The notes: generated by a model from the sequence alone, not told the origin. 64,000 nucleotides of DNA from Takakia lepidozioides (GCA_030704615.1 CM060733.1:55738001-55802000); one strand, 5' to 3'; counted from the first letter of the stretch, positions 27,801 to 40,346 are shown. Translations and numbers: made by a program.

Positions 27801-27920
27801 GCCTTGCTACCTTGAAAGTTTTGTCCTCATTCAAATCCCTGACATCTGCCTCCATCTGAATCTCTCCAGCCAGTCATTTACATCCTCACTATTCCTACCA
27901 TGATAAGGCGCATCTATGCT
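21870..27920 (-). pseudogene. Element B gag-pol (frameshifted)
   Basis: Gag with three CCHC knuckles (CNVCHKEGHIAAYC, CDKCHRFGHSTEMC, CNFCKLLGHTESEC). PR GQIDTGA at ~26540. RT KKDGSKRFCGDFR, LDLQSGFWQ, FVDD. RH DVDWS...MEGECYALVW...TDHKPL. INT HEATGHFG...CGKCQ, IDTAGP, LTDNG, NGMVER, WEGPY. Confidence 0.92.
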
Positions 27921-28371
27921 GGTTGGACTGGTCATCCTTCTATTCTCTAGTCAAAGTTCAAACTGTTTCAACCTAATTCTGACTCTAATTTTCCGCAACT
28001 CCCTTAATGTTGACCTCTATACCACTCCCACTGTCCATTTCGCAACATCTCTACTCTACCTCCCCATGTCACCTCTCGTGCCATGGTATTATCTTCACCC
28101 ACCTTCCTAACTCTCTTATCCAAAGTGCTATGGTTGTTCTTCCACCAGTATGTATACTCTAAGACATAAATCACCATTCGCTATTCTCCAAGCAGGGTTG
28201 AAGAAGTACAAACAAGGGTCTGCGTGTGCATTTGGTGTGCGTCTGCTGAAGCAAATCAGCACATCTCCAATGCTTGGTTCATCAGGAATCAGTGTGTGGT
28301 CTCTTCCTGCCATCAAACCATCCAATACCAGTCAAGATCCCTAGCTAGTAGAAATCAAGATTTAACAACGT

Positions 28372-28384
28372 AGCTCTGATACCA
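28372..28384 (-). promoter_or_regulatory. PBS complementary to initiator tRNA-Met (element B)
   Basis: Minus strand TGGTATCAGAGCT directly abutting the 5' repeat. Confidence 0.93.
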
Positions 28385-30565
28385 AAAGAAGGGGCGTGAA
28401 TCCCCTTCTGTATAATTCCAATTGTGCTCCCCTCCATTGATTGCGGAGTAAGAGGAAAGAAGCGTTCTTTCTAATCTGTCCAACTGTCGTCCCTTGGCTG
28501 TGGGTTTCCCTCAGCTCCTCCGTGATCAGAGTTCAATGCAATCCTCATCCACGCCGCAGCGGAAGGGAAGACATAGATGGGATGTCAATTTGTTGTTCTC
28601 TCTTGGTTCTACCTTTCACCCAACATCCCCTATCAGCAGGTACAGCACCAGCTAGGCTGGTGCGATGTATTCAGTGATGCAAATCAGCCCCATTGGCAGC
28701 GGTAAACACGATCCTTTATGTGAAGCCCACTTGAGCAGTGACAGGTCGGAAATCCCCTTTTGTAGTGGTGACACAGAGATTAGGAGGAGGCAGCTCAGAT
28801 CTTCATGGTCTGCAGGGGCACTGGTTTCTTTCAGGTTTTCTTCATCTCATCTCCCCAAATTGGCCAAACCCCCCCCCAACAGCCCCTTAGAATCTGCAGC
28901 TCTCTCCTTGCCCAAATCCCATTTTCACTCTCCTCTCTCTCTCTCTTCTTTTCCCTTTTTGTCTGTTTCGCTATCTGGTTTATGTCCCCAGGTTCCCCAC
29001 TATTTCACAGCAGCAGATCTGTCATGTAATGTGAATGCACACGCTGCTAGGCATCCAGTGCGGCCAGCCTTGAAGTCATCTTGGTCTCTCAAGACACAAC
29101 CATCCCATCCATTGTCTCTCTCTTTTTCTCTCTCTTGTCCCCCTTTCAATGACCCATCGCTCAAACAGCTCTCATCCTTTTCTTTGTCAGACTTCAACCC
29201 AAATACCCCAACACCCCTCTTTTCCCTTCAACTGTGGAACGCAGTTGTTCAGATCCTGATCCCATAGTGAAATCACCTTATCCTTTCCATGTTTTTCTTT
29301 TTCCAACTCCAGCTAACTATCATTGATCTCTCCAAACAAACAAGCAAGATCTACATTGGTTCCAGGTTATCACTACACACGGCAGCATGGTGTCCAGGTT
29401 TATGATACTGAATCAAATGCAAGAATGAAGACAAGTGACCATTCTGAATTCAGTGACGAGCAGGCTCTCTCTTTCTCTCTCTCTTCACTTATTTCTCTCA
29501 CTGTCATCACAGCATCAGGTGCATCCATCCTTTCCACGTTCTGGTCTGAAGTCCAGAGTCTCCATTCCCATTTCAAAAACTTTTTCTTGTCACATCTCTA
29601 CCTTCTTTCTTCTGCCAAGATGGCAGTCCTAAATCTACCAAAGCAAGTTCTAAGTCCTAACCAAAAGAAGCCCCTGTTCATCGACTTATCTGTTTTTATC
29701 CACTAGTGAAGCGGCGGGTCTGCCTGTCAAGGTGGCACCTTGCCATCGCCCGTCAACAGCCACTTCAACCCATTCTCTTTGTCTTGATTCCAGACCTTAT
29801 GACGCCATGATGGCTCCCCTTCTTCACTTGGACCATCCTGTGGCCTGTCAACCAGATTACACTATGCAATTCTTCCTCTCGAATTGGCCTGGTCCTATAA
29901 CAAGGAGACACAAAGCAGCTAGAAGCTTAATGACAGAAAACCTGAGATACCATGTAGCCAGAACTCCACATGCTTTACCTCCCCCCCATTGATTGTGCCC
30001 AGACCCTCTTTCCTGTGCTTTCAGCAGCTGGCCTTTTCCTTGCTTGCTCATCTGCCCATAACTATCATCTTCAAGGCACTGGCGGCAGTGGTGGTGCGCC
30101 GCTTTCCTTAGATGCTTCTATCTCTTGGAATTGATCATTACTACGAGAGAGGCGGCACCGCTTCTTTCTACACAGAATACCAAGCAGAGGCCTCTTAATG
30201 CCGCTTCCTAAGCCAAGCAAGATCCCACCGCGCAGGTACACCTCCTAACACAGGCTGCCCTGCCGACACCACTGCTTGCAACAGCCGCTACGATCCATCC
30301 GTCATCTTCCTCTTCGTTTTTCTCAACCCGTGATCCTTTAGGTCAAGAACCAGTGATGAAAACGTTCATCGCATGGATGAAAATGTGTACCGTCATGACT
30401 TAGCCATTTTCTCCTGGCAAAGCATAAGTTGAGTGTGCTTATGAAATTACCTTATATGAAGGGATACAGCCTTTCTGCAGTTTGGGATGACGGGCACTCC
30501 GTCATAGTGATGTAGGTCGTAATGGTCTACATATGTAATGTTCTGTTCCCTGCATTCACACTACA
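28385..30565 (-). repeat. Element B 5' long repeat (A1)
   Basis: On the minus strand it begins TGTAGTGTGAATG and ends CCCCTTCTTT, with no terminal CA before the PBS. Confidence 0.95.
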
Positions 30566-31500
30566 TTCCGCTTCAGAAACTGGAGTTCTTGCTTTTGGTG
30601 TTCCATGCCAACTCTTATCAAAGATTTCTGTCAAATCTTTTATCCAGGGATGTACCCCAGATCTTTCACCTCGTGATTGATCTTCTTTTTGTACCAATTC
30701 CCTTAATCTTTCTTGCAAAGAAACAGAAGGAGTGGCATCCAACTCTAGTTCTTCCGGTATGGGTGATGTACTCTTTGATCTTAATGGTGTGAGAGGTCCA
30801 GATGATTCCCCTATGTCTATTCCTCTCTCCCAAAGATATGGATAATTAGCTTTCAGATAGCTTTCTCTTTTTGCTGAATATCTCTGGCGTCTAGCTTCTC
30901 TTTCATCACTCATGTCCCATGTCTTTCATTTTTTTAATGTGGCATAACCAAAACTCTCTTCTGTAATATCTCTCGTATATGCCTGGGTTTCTTTCAAGCT
31001 TCAATGCACCCTTGGTTATACTTGAAGTCTCCGTTACCATATAACCATATGGCAAACAAGTCTGAAAAGCTGTTCTTGGTGTGAGTTTGATCCACAAAAT
31101 ATCCTTTGGAATCCAATTCTTTACCAGTACAAGCTCTTCATGCATATGAGTATAAACATTCACTTTTCTTTCCTCCCAGCCTTCAAACTCTACTCGCTTA
31201 ATGGATAGCAATGCTATCACATATACCAATGTTGGTAACCAACGTGCTCTTCCTCTACAGGCCACCTGATAAATCTTTATCACTCCTTTCTCCAGACCCC
31301 ACTCTGGGTCAGCATCATGCACTCTCTTAAGAATGTTTTCTTTACAACCGTCCGGCAATTCCAAAAACCTCTGGAAGAATCGTTTGGACAATCTTTCCTT
31401 CTCAGTTTCACAAGGAATTTGATTCACATCAAATTCTTTAATTCTCCATCCACCATGATCCCACCAGATGCCTGTCACATCTGGTTGTTCATGACCCAGA
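30566..31500 (-). pseudogene. Element A 5' ORF region upstream of gag (unknown domain), continued at 19640 beyond insertion B
   Basis: ORFs 30906-31628 and 30527-30913. The reading ...PVSEAE|GEEGEEDVAEP... joins across the B insertion. Confidence 0.65.
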
Positions 31501-31518
31501 TCCCTAGTATGGTCGCCA
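31501..31518 (-). promoter_or_regulatory. PBS of element A (tRNA-Arg-like)
   Basis: Minus strand TGGCGACCATACTAGGGA, 2 nt downstream of the 5' LTR CA. It resembles the complement of plant tRNA-Arg 3' ends; the tRNA assignment is tentative. Confidence 0.8.
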
Positions 31519-31520
31519 AA

Positions 31521-32414
31521 TGTCGCGCGGCTTTTACTCACCCATCCCTTCGCTATCCGAGGCGGAAACTCCAAGATAGAAGAGTTGGAAATCTCTAAGT
31601 ACTCAGCCCGCTCCGAACAATCAGTCATGACCTACAGCTAGTGTATCATGGGGGTGTTTCCTATTTGTTTTCCTTTCCGCATTCATGTTAGCTAGCTACC
31701 TTACTATTGATAATTGAGTATCAGTTTGCTCATCAACTCATCCATTCATTCCACAGCTTCACTCAGATCTCTCTACACAGTGTGATTGTATCGTATAAGT
31801 ATCAGATTATGATTTATCAGGTATCAGGCCGAAGCCATTGTGTTTCTAATCTGGTTTACAATATCACTACAGCTTTGCATATAACAAGCGTCTGGTAATC
31901 ATCTCTCCTAAAATCCCCGTGCTCTCCATGCTTGCTCTCCGCCCGATCCCCTCTCTTCCCTCACCCAGAAGTCCTTCCCCTGACGTGCTTCCCCCCTTAT
32001 CTTCCTACCCGTGGCTCTAACCATTTCCCTCACTAACCGTCGTCCGTGAACTAACATGTTCCATTTGCAGGTGTTGTTCCCCACAGTCGTTCCCTGTCCT
32101 GCTCTCCGTTCCCTATGATCGTGACAACTGTGTCAAGCTGTGACTGGCTGTGTGGCTGTGTCGGCTGTGACGGGCTGTGTTGGCTATGATAACTGTGTCG
32201 ACTGTGATGGGCTGTGACGGGCTGTGTTGGCTGTGATGGCTGTGTCGGCTGTGACGGGCTGTGTTGGCTGTGACGACTGTGATGGGCTGTGTAACCCCCC
32301 TGTACAGTGCGCTGCTGTCACCCCTAAGGCTCCTGTTGGTCTCAATCTGTGCTAAAATTAAGGATACCATACAGATCCTGTATAAGTGTCTAAGTCCCAG
32401 ACAGTCCTCTAACA
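31521..32414 (-). repeat. 5' LTR of element A
   Basis: TGTCGCGCG...CCTCTAACA, a direct repeat of 4247-5080 with a longer GGCTGTG array. Confidence 0.95.
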
Positions 32415-32419
32415 ATGAT

Positions 32420-34405
32420 CTTGATGCACATAGCTCCCGCCATCTTCACAAGATGGTGTATCCCAACTACCACAAATTTCTTTATATGAGCCATCGATGG
32501 AGAAGAAGAGAGAAACACTTGTTTGATGGCAAAGAGAAAGTACGTTTCCCCCCTATGACACCGTCCGGGCAGTTTTGGGAGGACCGATGGAAGGATGCAC
32601 ATGCGGGCACGGACGGTCAAGTGGACGTGCCCGACATGAAACGACTTTCAATCTTCTACGAGTTGTTATATTGGGCGGTACATATTCCACAAAAACACCG
32701 TCAATATCCCTATGCATGCATGTGATATTGCACATTTGGTATGCGTTGCATTGTCACTTTCACGTAAAAAAAATTGTGTAAGCCTTTGTGGGTAGGGATA
32801 TATGTAGGACCTGAAGATTCATCATCTTCTAGATCCCATGCATATTGAGAAGAATGTCTGCTCGTCCCTTTTTCGGGTTCTTCATGGCACGCTGGCAAAG
32901 AAGGGAGTGGCTGCAAAAGGAGATTCTCTCGGTGTTAGAAAGGAGCTTGAGGAGCAGGGTCGCATGCGCCATCTACGGGCCGAACAAAATGGTGTGGACC
33001 CAAAGGGTGTTGTACGGTGGAAGTATAGGCGCGCACCTTGGCAATGGACAAAGGAGGAATACAAGAAAGTGATAGCCACCATAAGTGCTGTCCGAACACC
33101 AACTGGACTCTGTACGAAGTTCAGCAAAGAAGACGGGGTCCATGGTTTGAAGTCTCATGACTACCACAATCTATTGCAAGACATCTTGCCCATTGCAGTA
33201 CGTGGGACATTGACTCCCGAGGTTTGTGAGACAATCTATAGATTGGGAGGCTTGTTCTGGTGGATTTGCTCCAAAGACTTGGAGGAAGCGGATTTTCCAC
33301 GCATGAAGAAGGAGGCGGCGGAGGTAATGTGTATGTTGGAGATGCACCTTCCTCCCTCCTTCTTTGACATCCAAGTGCACTTAGTGGAAGAGGCTTCGAT
33401 TGCCGGCCCCGTTCATTCTCGGTGGATGTACTTCCTTGAGCGTTATATGAAGACTTTGAAAGGATTTGTAGGACAAATGGCGCACCCGGAGGGTAGCATG
33501 GCGGAGGGATATACGTTGCAAGAAGCTATGTTCTATTGCACGGAGTACATGACAAGTGTGGATGAGGAAGCCCCTCGGATGTGGAAGGAAGAGGAGGATG
33601 CACGAACCAATGACATCGTTTTGCCCAAAAAATCGAAGAGGGTAAAATTGCCGACCTTGGTGATTGAGCAAGCGCATGACTTCATACTGAAGAACACCCC
33701 ATCCATACATGAGTGGGAGGCAAGATACAATAATCTTATTCAGCAACGAGAGGAGGAGACGCTTGCATGGAGGCGGAACCATCAACGGCTGGTTACTAGA
33801 CGCCCACGACGAGGAGCGGGCCGCCGGAATGTTTCTTCACAAAATTTGCCCATGGAATTGCAGCCTTTAAGTTCATTCCAACAGTGGCTTCGCACTTCAG
33901 TTTATGACGCCGTTGCTCAATGAGAGGTGGTTTCAGATTTGGTGCAAGACATTGCAAGGGGCCCCTCTCAATTCGCGACCTCATACACGGCGGTTTGGGT
34001 TCACGGTCGTCATTTCCGCATTCGTGCTCTTGACATGAAGCGCAAAACAATCTTTGATTCTGACTTGTGTGCCACATATTGGCAAGACTCCGTGTGGGGC
34101 AAGGGAGACACACGACCTGCTATGAGCAAACTTGAGTACATTGGAGAGTTTGAGAGCATACTCCAACTTCAGTATACAAGGTACCGGCCTCTTCTCTTCA
34201 AGGGAAGGTGGTTCCAGCCACATCTTGTGGGGCCCTCCGCAACACTAGTGCAAGATGATTGTGGTTTCATGCGCGTCAATGCAGATAGGCTCAACCCTAC
34301 TCATCGTCCCTCCGATGAGCCTTTTTCACGGCCTTCAGACATGGAGCAAGTTTTCTTCTCCGATGACAAAACAAGAGGGGGGAATTGGAAGGTTGTTGTG
34401 CATGC
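32420..34405 (+). pseudogene. CACTA transposase 3' part (DUF4218 and DUF4216 regions)
   Basis: HKFLYMSHRWRR...FDGK, then an intron at ~32677-32807. Then DPMHIEKNV, GLKSHDYH, PPSFFDIQVHL...GPVHSRWMY..ERYMK.LK...PEGSMAEGY and LFKGRWF...DEPF...QVFF...WKVV. Confidence 0.92.
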
Positions 34406-37400
34406 TCAGTATCTTGCATCATTACCTGAGATAGGTACTAGATTTGGAGACTATCTGGGCTGTTTAAGTGTGTTTGACCCAAAGACGTCTTATTCTATGG
34501 TAGCAGAGATGACTGGTTGGGGCTCCCTGATAACGGCTAAGTATGACACAGCTACGAGGGCCGGGCAGCGAGAGTCACGGGCAGAAAAGGCTAAGTGCAC
34601 GGCACTTAGCAAACGACGGAACAAGGGTACACTACCACGGGAGCAGTAGTGGGTAGTGTAGCAGCCGTGGGCCGTGAACCACGATATCACACGGCTACGG
34701 TAGCATAGGCTTTACTAATAGAAGAAGTAGTGAAGGGCCGTGGATCGTTGCAAGAACGGGTGTCATCATGAAGAAATACAAAATTGGCCGTCAAAGTACC
34801 TATCTGGCACGTTAACCGAAATTTATTATGGGCCCATTAATGCATACAGGAGAAGGGTAATGGAACCCTTTGCAAGTACAGAAAAGCGAAATCCTTGTCA
34901 CATAGGCTATCCTAATGGACAGTCCAGGGGGGAAAATCCATGGAAGGGAATTAAATTACAAAATCAATCACAGAGCCAACAGCCAATCATAAGCCAGAAT
35001 TATCTACAGAGGGTATTTTCCAAGAAGCAAGATCAAGAATTTAGAGGGATTCTGAGCGCAAGAGTCGGCGTCGTTCCAAGTAACGGGCGTCTCGACGGGA
35101 GAGACAATCAAAGCTATAGCTTTGAAGCTATGGCAGAAATAACAGACTACACACTCGCATTACTACTTACGCAGTGGCACAAGGACGGACGAACGAGAGT
35201 ACCTTTTCTCTAAATCGATACTTGCAAGCCCCACAGGCTTACAAGCACTTACCCATTTCATTCTGCGCCAACCATACTTTTATGCTTTGTGCCCTGCAGG
35301 CGTTTCTTCAGTTGTTACAACCAAAACCTTTTTGTTTGTCTAGAACGAAGAGAGTGAGAGGAATGGAGGATATATGAGGGTGACGAGCACCACAATCTTA
35401 CAGAAGCAAACGATTGCTACGCCACAGGCGGTGCAGCTATTGAAGGAGCTGTGATTGGAGGGATTGCTACGCAAGGACTGGTCCTTGCATCATCGGTGGT
35501 GCAGCTACTGAAGGAGCTGTGATTGGAGGGATTGCTACGCAAGGACTGGTCCTTGCATCATCGGCAGTTCATGATACAATTTCTTCAGAACTTTGAGCCT
35601 CGGACGGGAGTTACTCAGGTGTGGGGAGTAGATATAGAAATTACTCCCCAGTACCTGCAGCAATTGTTTGATTTGCCATCAGGACATGTGGATTTGGATG
35701 AGCACAGGGCAAGATTGCAGATAGGGAATTTGTTCCAAGAAGGGAGTTTCTTTAAAACTCAAGGTTTTTCTTGTACCAAAGCCAAGTACCCAGGGCTTAG
35801 GGAAGTTGGCCAAATCTTGAACGTTTTGTTTGCCATGAAACAGAACCAACAGTATTTGAGCAGGTCCTTCACAGAGGAGATCCTGAAAGCTTTGAGGGGA
35901 GAGGATGTTGCTTGGGCGGAGTTAATGTACAACGGATTGGTGGACAATATGAAAAGGTTACAGGGCACTGCTGCTAAGTCTCCGATCATTGTGTCCGGAC
36001 CAGTCATTGCCCAAATAATTCTTGATTCTTGCATACTTGATACTTGGGAACGTAAGGAGATGAGAGTGTTTGAGGCAGAAACCACTGCAATTGAAGAGCA
36101 AGACTCTTCACACAGTGAGGGTGGACTGGCAGCGCAACACCAGTCTAAGAGACAGAGGTGGGGTATGACTGTAGTGGCGGATCCACTGGCTTCACGGAAA
36201 CCGCACGATAATGTTTCCCAAGCTCTTGTGCAGGATGGGGCACAGCAGCACATAAAGCTGCTATTATTGGAAGCAGGGCCTTTAGAGAGGGAAGAGGAAG
36301 TCACTTCGATACCACAGCCACCACAACCAATTGACTCTGTTGTTCTAGAGGTTCCACAGTTAGTATATGCTGTGGCATCACCCCCAATTGCTCTGGAAGG
36401 AGAAAGGTTGGACACTACAGAGCAGGTCGTGGCCGAAATTGAGAAGGATGACCTTCTCTATGAAAATTCTGGCTTGGTAAGGGAAATAGTGATTCCAGAG
36501 GTGCAGCGGTTGTCCAGGGGAAACCCTGCTGTTGTTGTAATACCCACACCTCTGACGGAGGTACCACAGGTAGAATGTCAAGACACTGCAGCACCTGTAG
36601 CGGATGAGGTGGTTCAGGAAGAAAATCTGGTGGGGCAATGGCCTGAATGGTTCGTGAGTCATCACACTGTTGAGGATCAGGGGAGAAATAGCAGCAAGCT
36701 CACCATGATGACCCTCAGCAGGCCATGCTTATGAGTTCCATAAGCAGGACACTTAATTTGTTGGGCACTTATGTGAAATCCCATGTTCCATCTACCCAAT
36801 TGGCAGCTTTGAGGGAGGAACTCAGGAAGGAGTTTGAGGCTCGACTTGCCCCTGAGTGTGCAAACAAGGTCGATGATGAGGTCAATCTCAAGTTACAGCA
36901 AGAGTTAGAGGATACAAAAGCTGCTTTGCAGTTGGCCAAGGAATATTTAATTGAAGCAGGCCTCGCGCAGGACCAGTTGCACGAAGCACATAAACAACAG
37001 TTATACCAAATGCAAGTGAAGCATGAGGGCAAGTTGCAAGAAGTGAATGCACTACATACAGAGTTGCAGGCAGTACATGAGAGGATGACCATACAATGTG
37101 CTACACTCACCACTACTCTTGAGCAAACTGCATTAGAAGTTAACAGACAAGGGGAGAGATGTATGAAGGCAGAGGCAAAGACACTCGAGCAGGCGAAACT
37201 CATTGTTGATATGAAGAATACAATCTGTCGCAATGAGAATACTTTCAAGCAATACAGACAAATTGAAGCTGACCAAGAGAGGTACATCCTGGAGTTGCAA
37301 CAAACGGTCATGGTAAATAGAAATGAACTCTCTGTGGCTAACAAGGCTTGGAAGGAAGCCAATAATATGGCTGCTGCCTATGCAAGTTTGGTTGAACCTC

Positions 37401-38258
37401 ATGCAAAGCGAATGGAGGCTTTAAAGCAGCAGTTAGATGTGTACAGGCTCACAGAGGAGCAGACTAACAGGGGTGTCACACGCAACTTGGTGGATAACCA
37501 CCTTATGCGGGTCTGGTTAGCACAAGGGCCGGTGGAAGGCAAAGCACCACGGAAGCTCACCCAGGGCGAGATGAATGAGCTCAGACTGCAGGTGCAGAAC
37601 ATTGCCACAACTACTATATAGATAATGTCTTTAGTAGGATAGCGGAGCTACAAGAGGATGTAGAAGGCCTGCAGACTCAGGTAGATGACCTGACTTCAAA
37701 TATTGACAAGAGAGTCTTTATACATGAGGAGCAGCTGATGGCTACTTATTTACAAGCCATAACTCTAATCTTTCAATCTTCTTCGCAAGGAAAGGTCAGA
37801 CGGAGGGCACGATCTTGGAGCACAGAGATGACGATTACACAGAAGAGGAGATGATGACTTGATGGAGGTTTATTTCATGTAGAGTTGTAGTGATACTGTA
37901 GGACGGATTAGAGTCACCTTGACATTGGCCTAGTACCTGATAAATCGTAATCTGATACTTATTCGATACAAGCACATTGTGTAGAGAGACATGAGTGAAG
38001 CTGTGAAATGAATGCATGATTAATTGGAATTAAGTAGAAGTAGATACTGAAGCAATCTGATGCTTCAATATCAGATAAGGTGAATTGATAACATGAAGGA
38101 AAGAAGGAATACAAATGGGAAGCACAACCATGATTCACTAGCTGTAGGTCATGACTGATTGTACTGAGCGGGCTGAGTGCTTAGAGATATCCAACTCTTC
38201 TATCTTGGAGTTTCCACCTCGGATAGCGAAGGGATGGGTGAGTAAAAGCCGTTCGACA
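34406..38258 (+). mobile_element. Truncated, more diverged family-A copy in opposite orientation (inter-ORF region, extra ORF 35130-37790, deleted into the 3' LTR end)
   Basis: Peptides homologous to 5825-9570. The LTR terminus ...GGGTGAGTAAAAGCCGTTCGACA ends at 38258 (reverse complement of the 4247 end). The left boundary is approximate. Confidence 0.85.
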
Positions 38259-40150
38259 ACATCTGGTACAATTCCAGCTCTGACGATGTCGCCATGCACT
38301 TCTTCGCCTTTTTCCAGGGCTGCCAGGCTTGCACACGCACTGCAAACGCACACAAACGTGATGTGGTCGGGCTTCACCCCGTCGCACATCATTTGCTCAT
38401 AGGTCTCCAAAGCCTCCATCCCATGTCCTGCTATGCATACCCTACAGGCATCGCAAGTCCACGACACCACATCTCGTTCAGCCATAGTGTCAAACACTCC
38501 CTTTGCATCCTCGATGCACCCACATTTTGCAAACATGTCCACCAGGGTCTTGTTCAGAATGAACATCTGGTACAATTCCAGCTCTGAAGATGTCGCCATG
38601 CACCTCTTTCCCTTTTTCCGGAGCTGCTAGGGCAGTATTCAGATTGACATTTGGTACAATTCTAGCTTTGATGATATCCCCATGCACCTCTTTGCCCTTC
38701 TGACTACCAGGCTTGCACAAGCATTGCAAATGCACACAAAAAATGTGGCTTCCCCCCTCATTTGCTCATAGGTCTCCAAAGCCTCCCACGTCCCTGCTAT
38801 GCATACCCTGCAAGCATCGCACTCCACGACACCACATCTCGTTCAGCCATAGTGTCGAACACTCCCTTTGCATCCTAGATGCACCCACATTTTGCAAACA
38901 TGTCCACCAGGGTATTGTTCATAATGACATCTGGTACAATTCCAGCTCTGAAGATGTCGCCATGGACCTCTTTCCCCTTTTCCAGAGCTGCCAGCACAGT
39001 GTCCAGATTGACATTTGGTACAATTCCAGCTTTGACGATATCCCCATGCACCTCTTTGCCCTTCTCTAGGGCTGCCAGGCTTGCACGACAACACATCTTG
39101 TTCAGCCATAGTGTTGAACACTCCCTTTGCATCCTAGATGCACCCACATTTTGCAAACATGTCCACCAGGGTATTGTTCAGAATGACATCTGGTACAATT
39201 CCAGCTCTGAAGATGTCGCCATGCACCTCTTTCCCCTTTTCTAGAGCTGCCAGGGCAGTGTTTAGAATGACGTTTGGTACAATTCCAGCTTTGATGATAT
39301 CCCCTCTTTGCCCTTCTCTAGGGCTGCCAGGCTTGCACAAGCATTGCAAATGCACACAAACATGATGTGCTTCCCCCATCATTTGCTCATAGGTCTCCAA
39401 AGCCTCCCTCCCACGTCCCTGCTGTGCATACCCTGCAAGCATCGCACTCCACGACACCACATTTCGTTCAGCCATAGTGTCGAACTCTCCCTTTGCATCC
39501 TAGATGCACCCACATTTTGCAAACATGTCCACCAGGGTATTGTTCAGAATGACATCTGGTACAATTCCAGCTCTGAAGATGTCGCCATGGACCTCTTTCC
39601 CCTTTTCCAGAGCTGCCAGGGCAGTGTTTAGAATGACATTTAGTACTTTCCAGCTTTGACGATATCTCCATACACCTCTTTGCCCTTCTCTAGGGCTTCC
39701 AGGCTTGCACAACAGCACATCTTGTTCAGCCATAGTGTTGAACACTCCCTTTGCATCCTAGATGCACCCACATTTTGCAAACATGTCCACCAGGGTATTG
39801 CTCAAAATGAAATTTGGTACAATTCCAGCTCTGAAGATGTCGCCATGGACCTCTTTCCCCTTTTCCAGAGCTGTCAACCTCAATGCAGCTGTGCCATGCC
39901 TCCTTTCTGACACCTTTGTCCTTCATCATTGCTCTCGCCTCTGTGGGATCACCCCACCTGCCAGCTGCAGCCCCACACTTGGCATACATATCAATGAGAG
40001 TATTCTCCAGATTCAAATATGACTCTGTTCCAACATCAGTTGTAGCATGGACCTCTTTGCCATTTTCCAGGGCTGCCAGGCTCGCATGCATTGAGAACGC
40101 AAATGAACATGACTTTGAACATCGGCAATACCCCTTGCTCAATCATTTGC
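38259..40150 (-). pseudogene. Scrambled, tandemly amplified PLS-class PPR gene fragments including an E-domain piece
   Basis: Repeated ...LEKGKEVHGDI.RAGIVPDVILNNTLVDMFAKCGCI.DAKGVFDTMAERDVVSW.AMLAGYAQQG...EALETYEQM. E-motif AAGRWGD...ARAMMKDKGVRKEAWHSCIEV at ~39875-39970. Shared stops and frameshifts. Confidence 0.9.
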
Positions 40151-40254
40151 TCATAGGTCGCAAGCGCATTTGGCTTTAAGCCTTTTTGTTGCAAGATGGA
40201 CAAACTTCTTCACATCGTACATTGAGAAAAAGCCACACCTTGCGATTGCGGTTG

Positions 40255-40346
40255 TCCATCGTGAAGGTGGTCAGCCACTTCCCATAGTAGTCGATGGCTA
40301 CATCGTGCACCACATCTTCATGCCCCGATTCTAGGGTTTGAGTCCC
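40255..40346 (-). pseudogene. SEC13-like N-terminal WD40 fragment
   Basis: TQTLESGHEDVVHDVAIDYYGKWLTT matches the SEC13 N-terminus pattern (ETGHED.VHD..MDYYGKRLAT); no continuation. Confidence 0.75.

Larger units (their letters stand above)
19641..30565 (-). mobile_element. Ty3/Gypsy retrotransposon 'B' with split terminal repeats, inserted in element A ORF1
   Basis: Inverted termini TGTAGTGTGAA...TTCACACTACA, 4-bp TSD TTCC (19637-19640 and 30566-30569), ~2.18-kb direct repeats 19651-21829 and 28385-30565, tRNA-iMet PBS, PPT and gag-pol. Confidence 0.93.
4247..32414 (-). mobile_element. Ty3/Gypsy LTR retrotransposon 'A' (non-chromovirus, Athila/Tat-related), containing element B and internal duplications
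   Basis: TG...CA LTRs at 4247-5080 and 31521-32414, 5-bp TSD ATGAT (4242-4246 and 32415-32419), PBS, PPT and Gag-PR-RT-RH-INT order on the minus strand. The CACTA reading frame (...CGDD|LDAHSSR...) rejoins across it. Confidence 0.95.

Noticed and set aside
28665-29992. ORFs inside the element B repeats as genes
   Set aside because: Low-complexity CT-rich translations whose frames are not preserved in the twin repeat.
35430-35564. 68-bp tandem duplication
   Set aside because: A private frameshifting duplication in a decayed copy with no sign of function.
38259-39873. CRISPR-like array or intact PPR gene
   Set aside because: The repeats are PPR-coding fragments without unique spacers, and shared stops and frameshifts exclude an intact gene.
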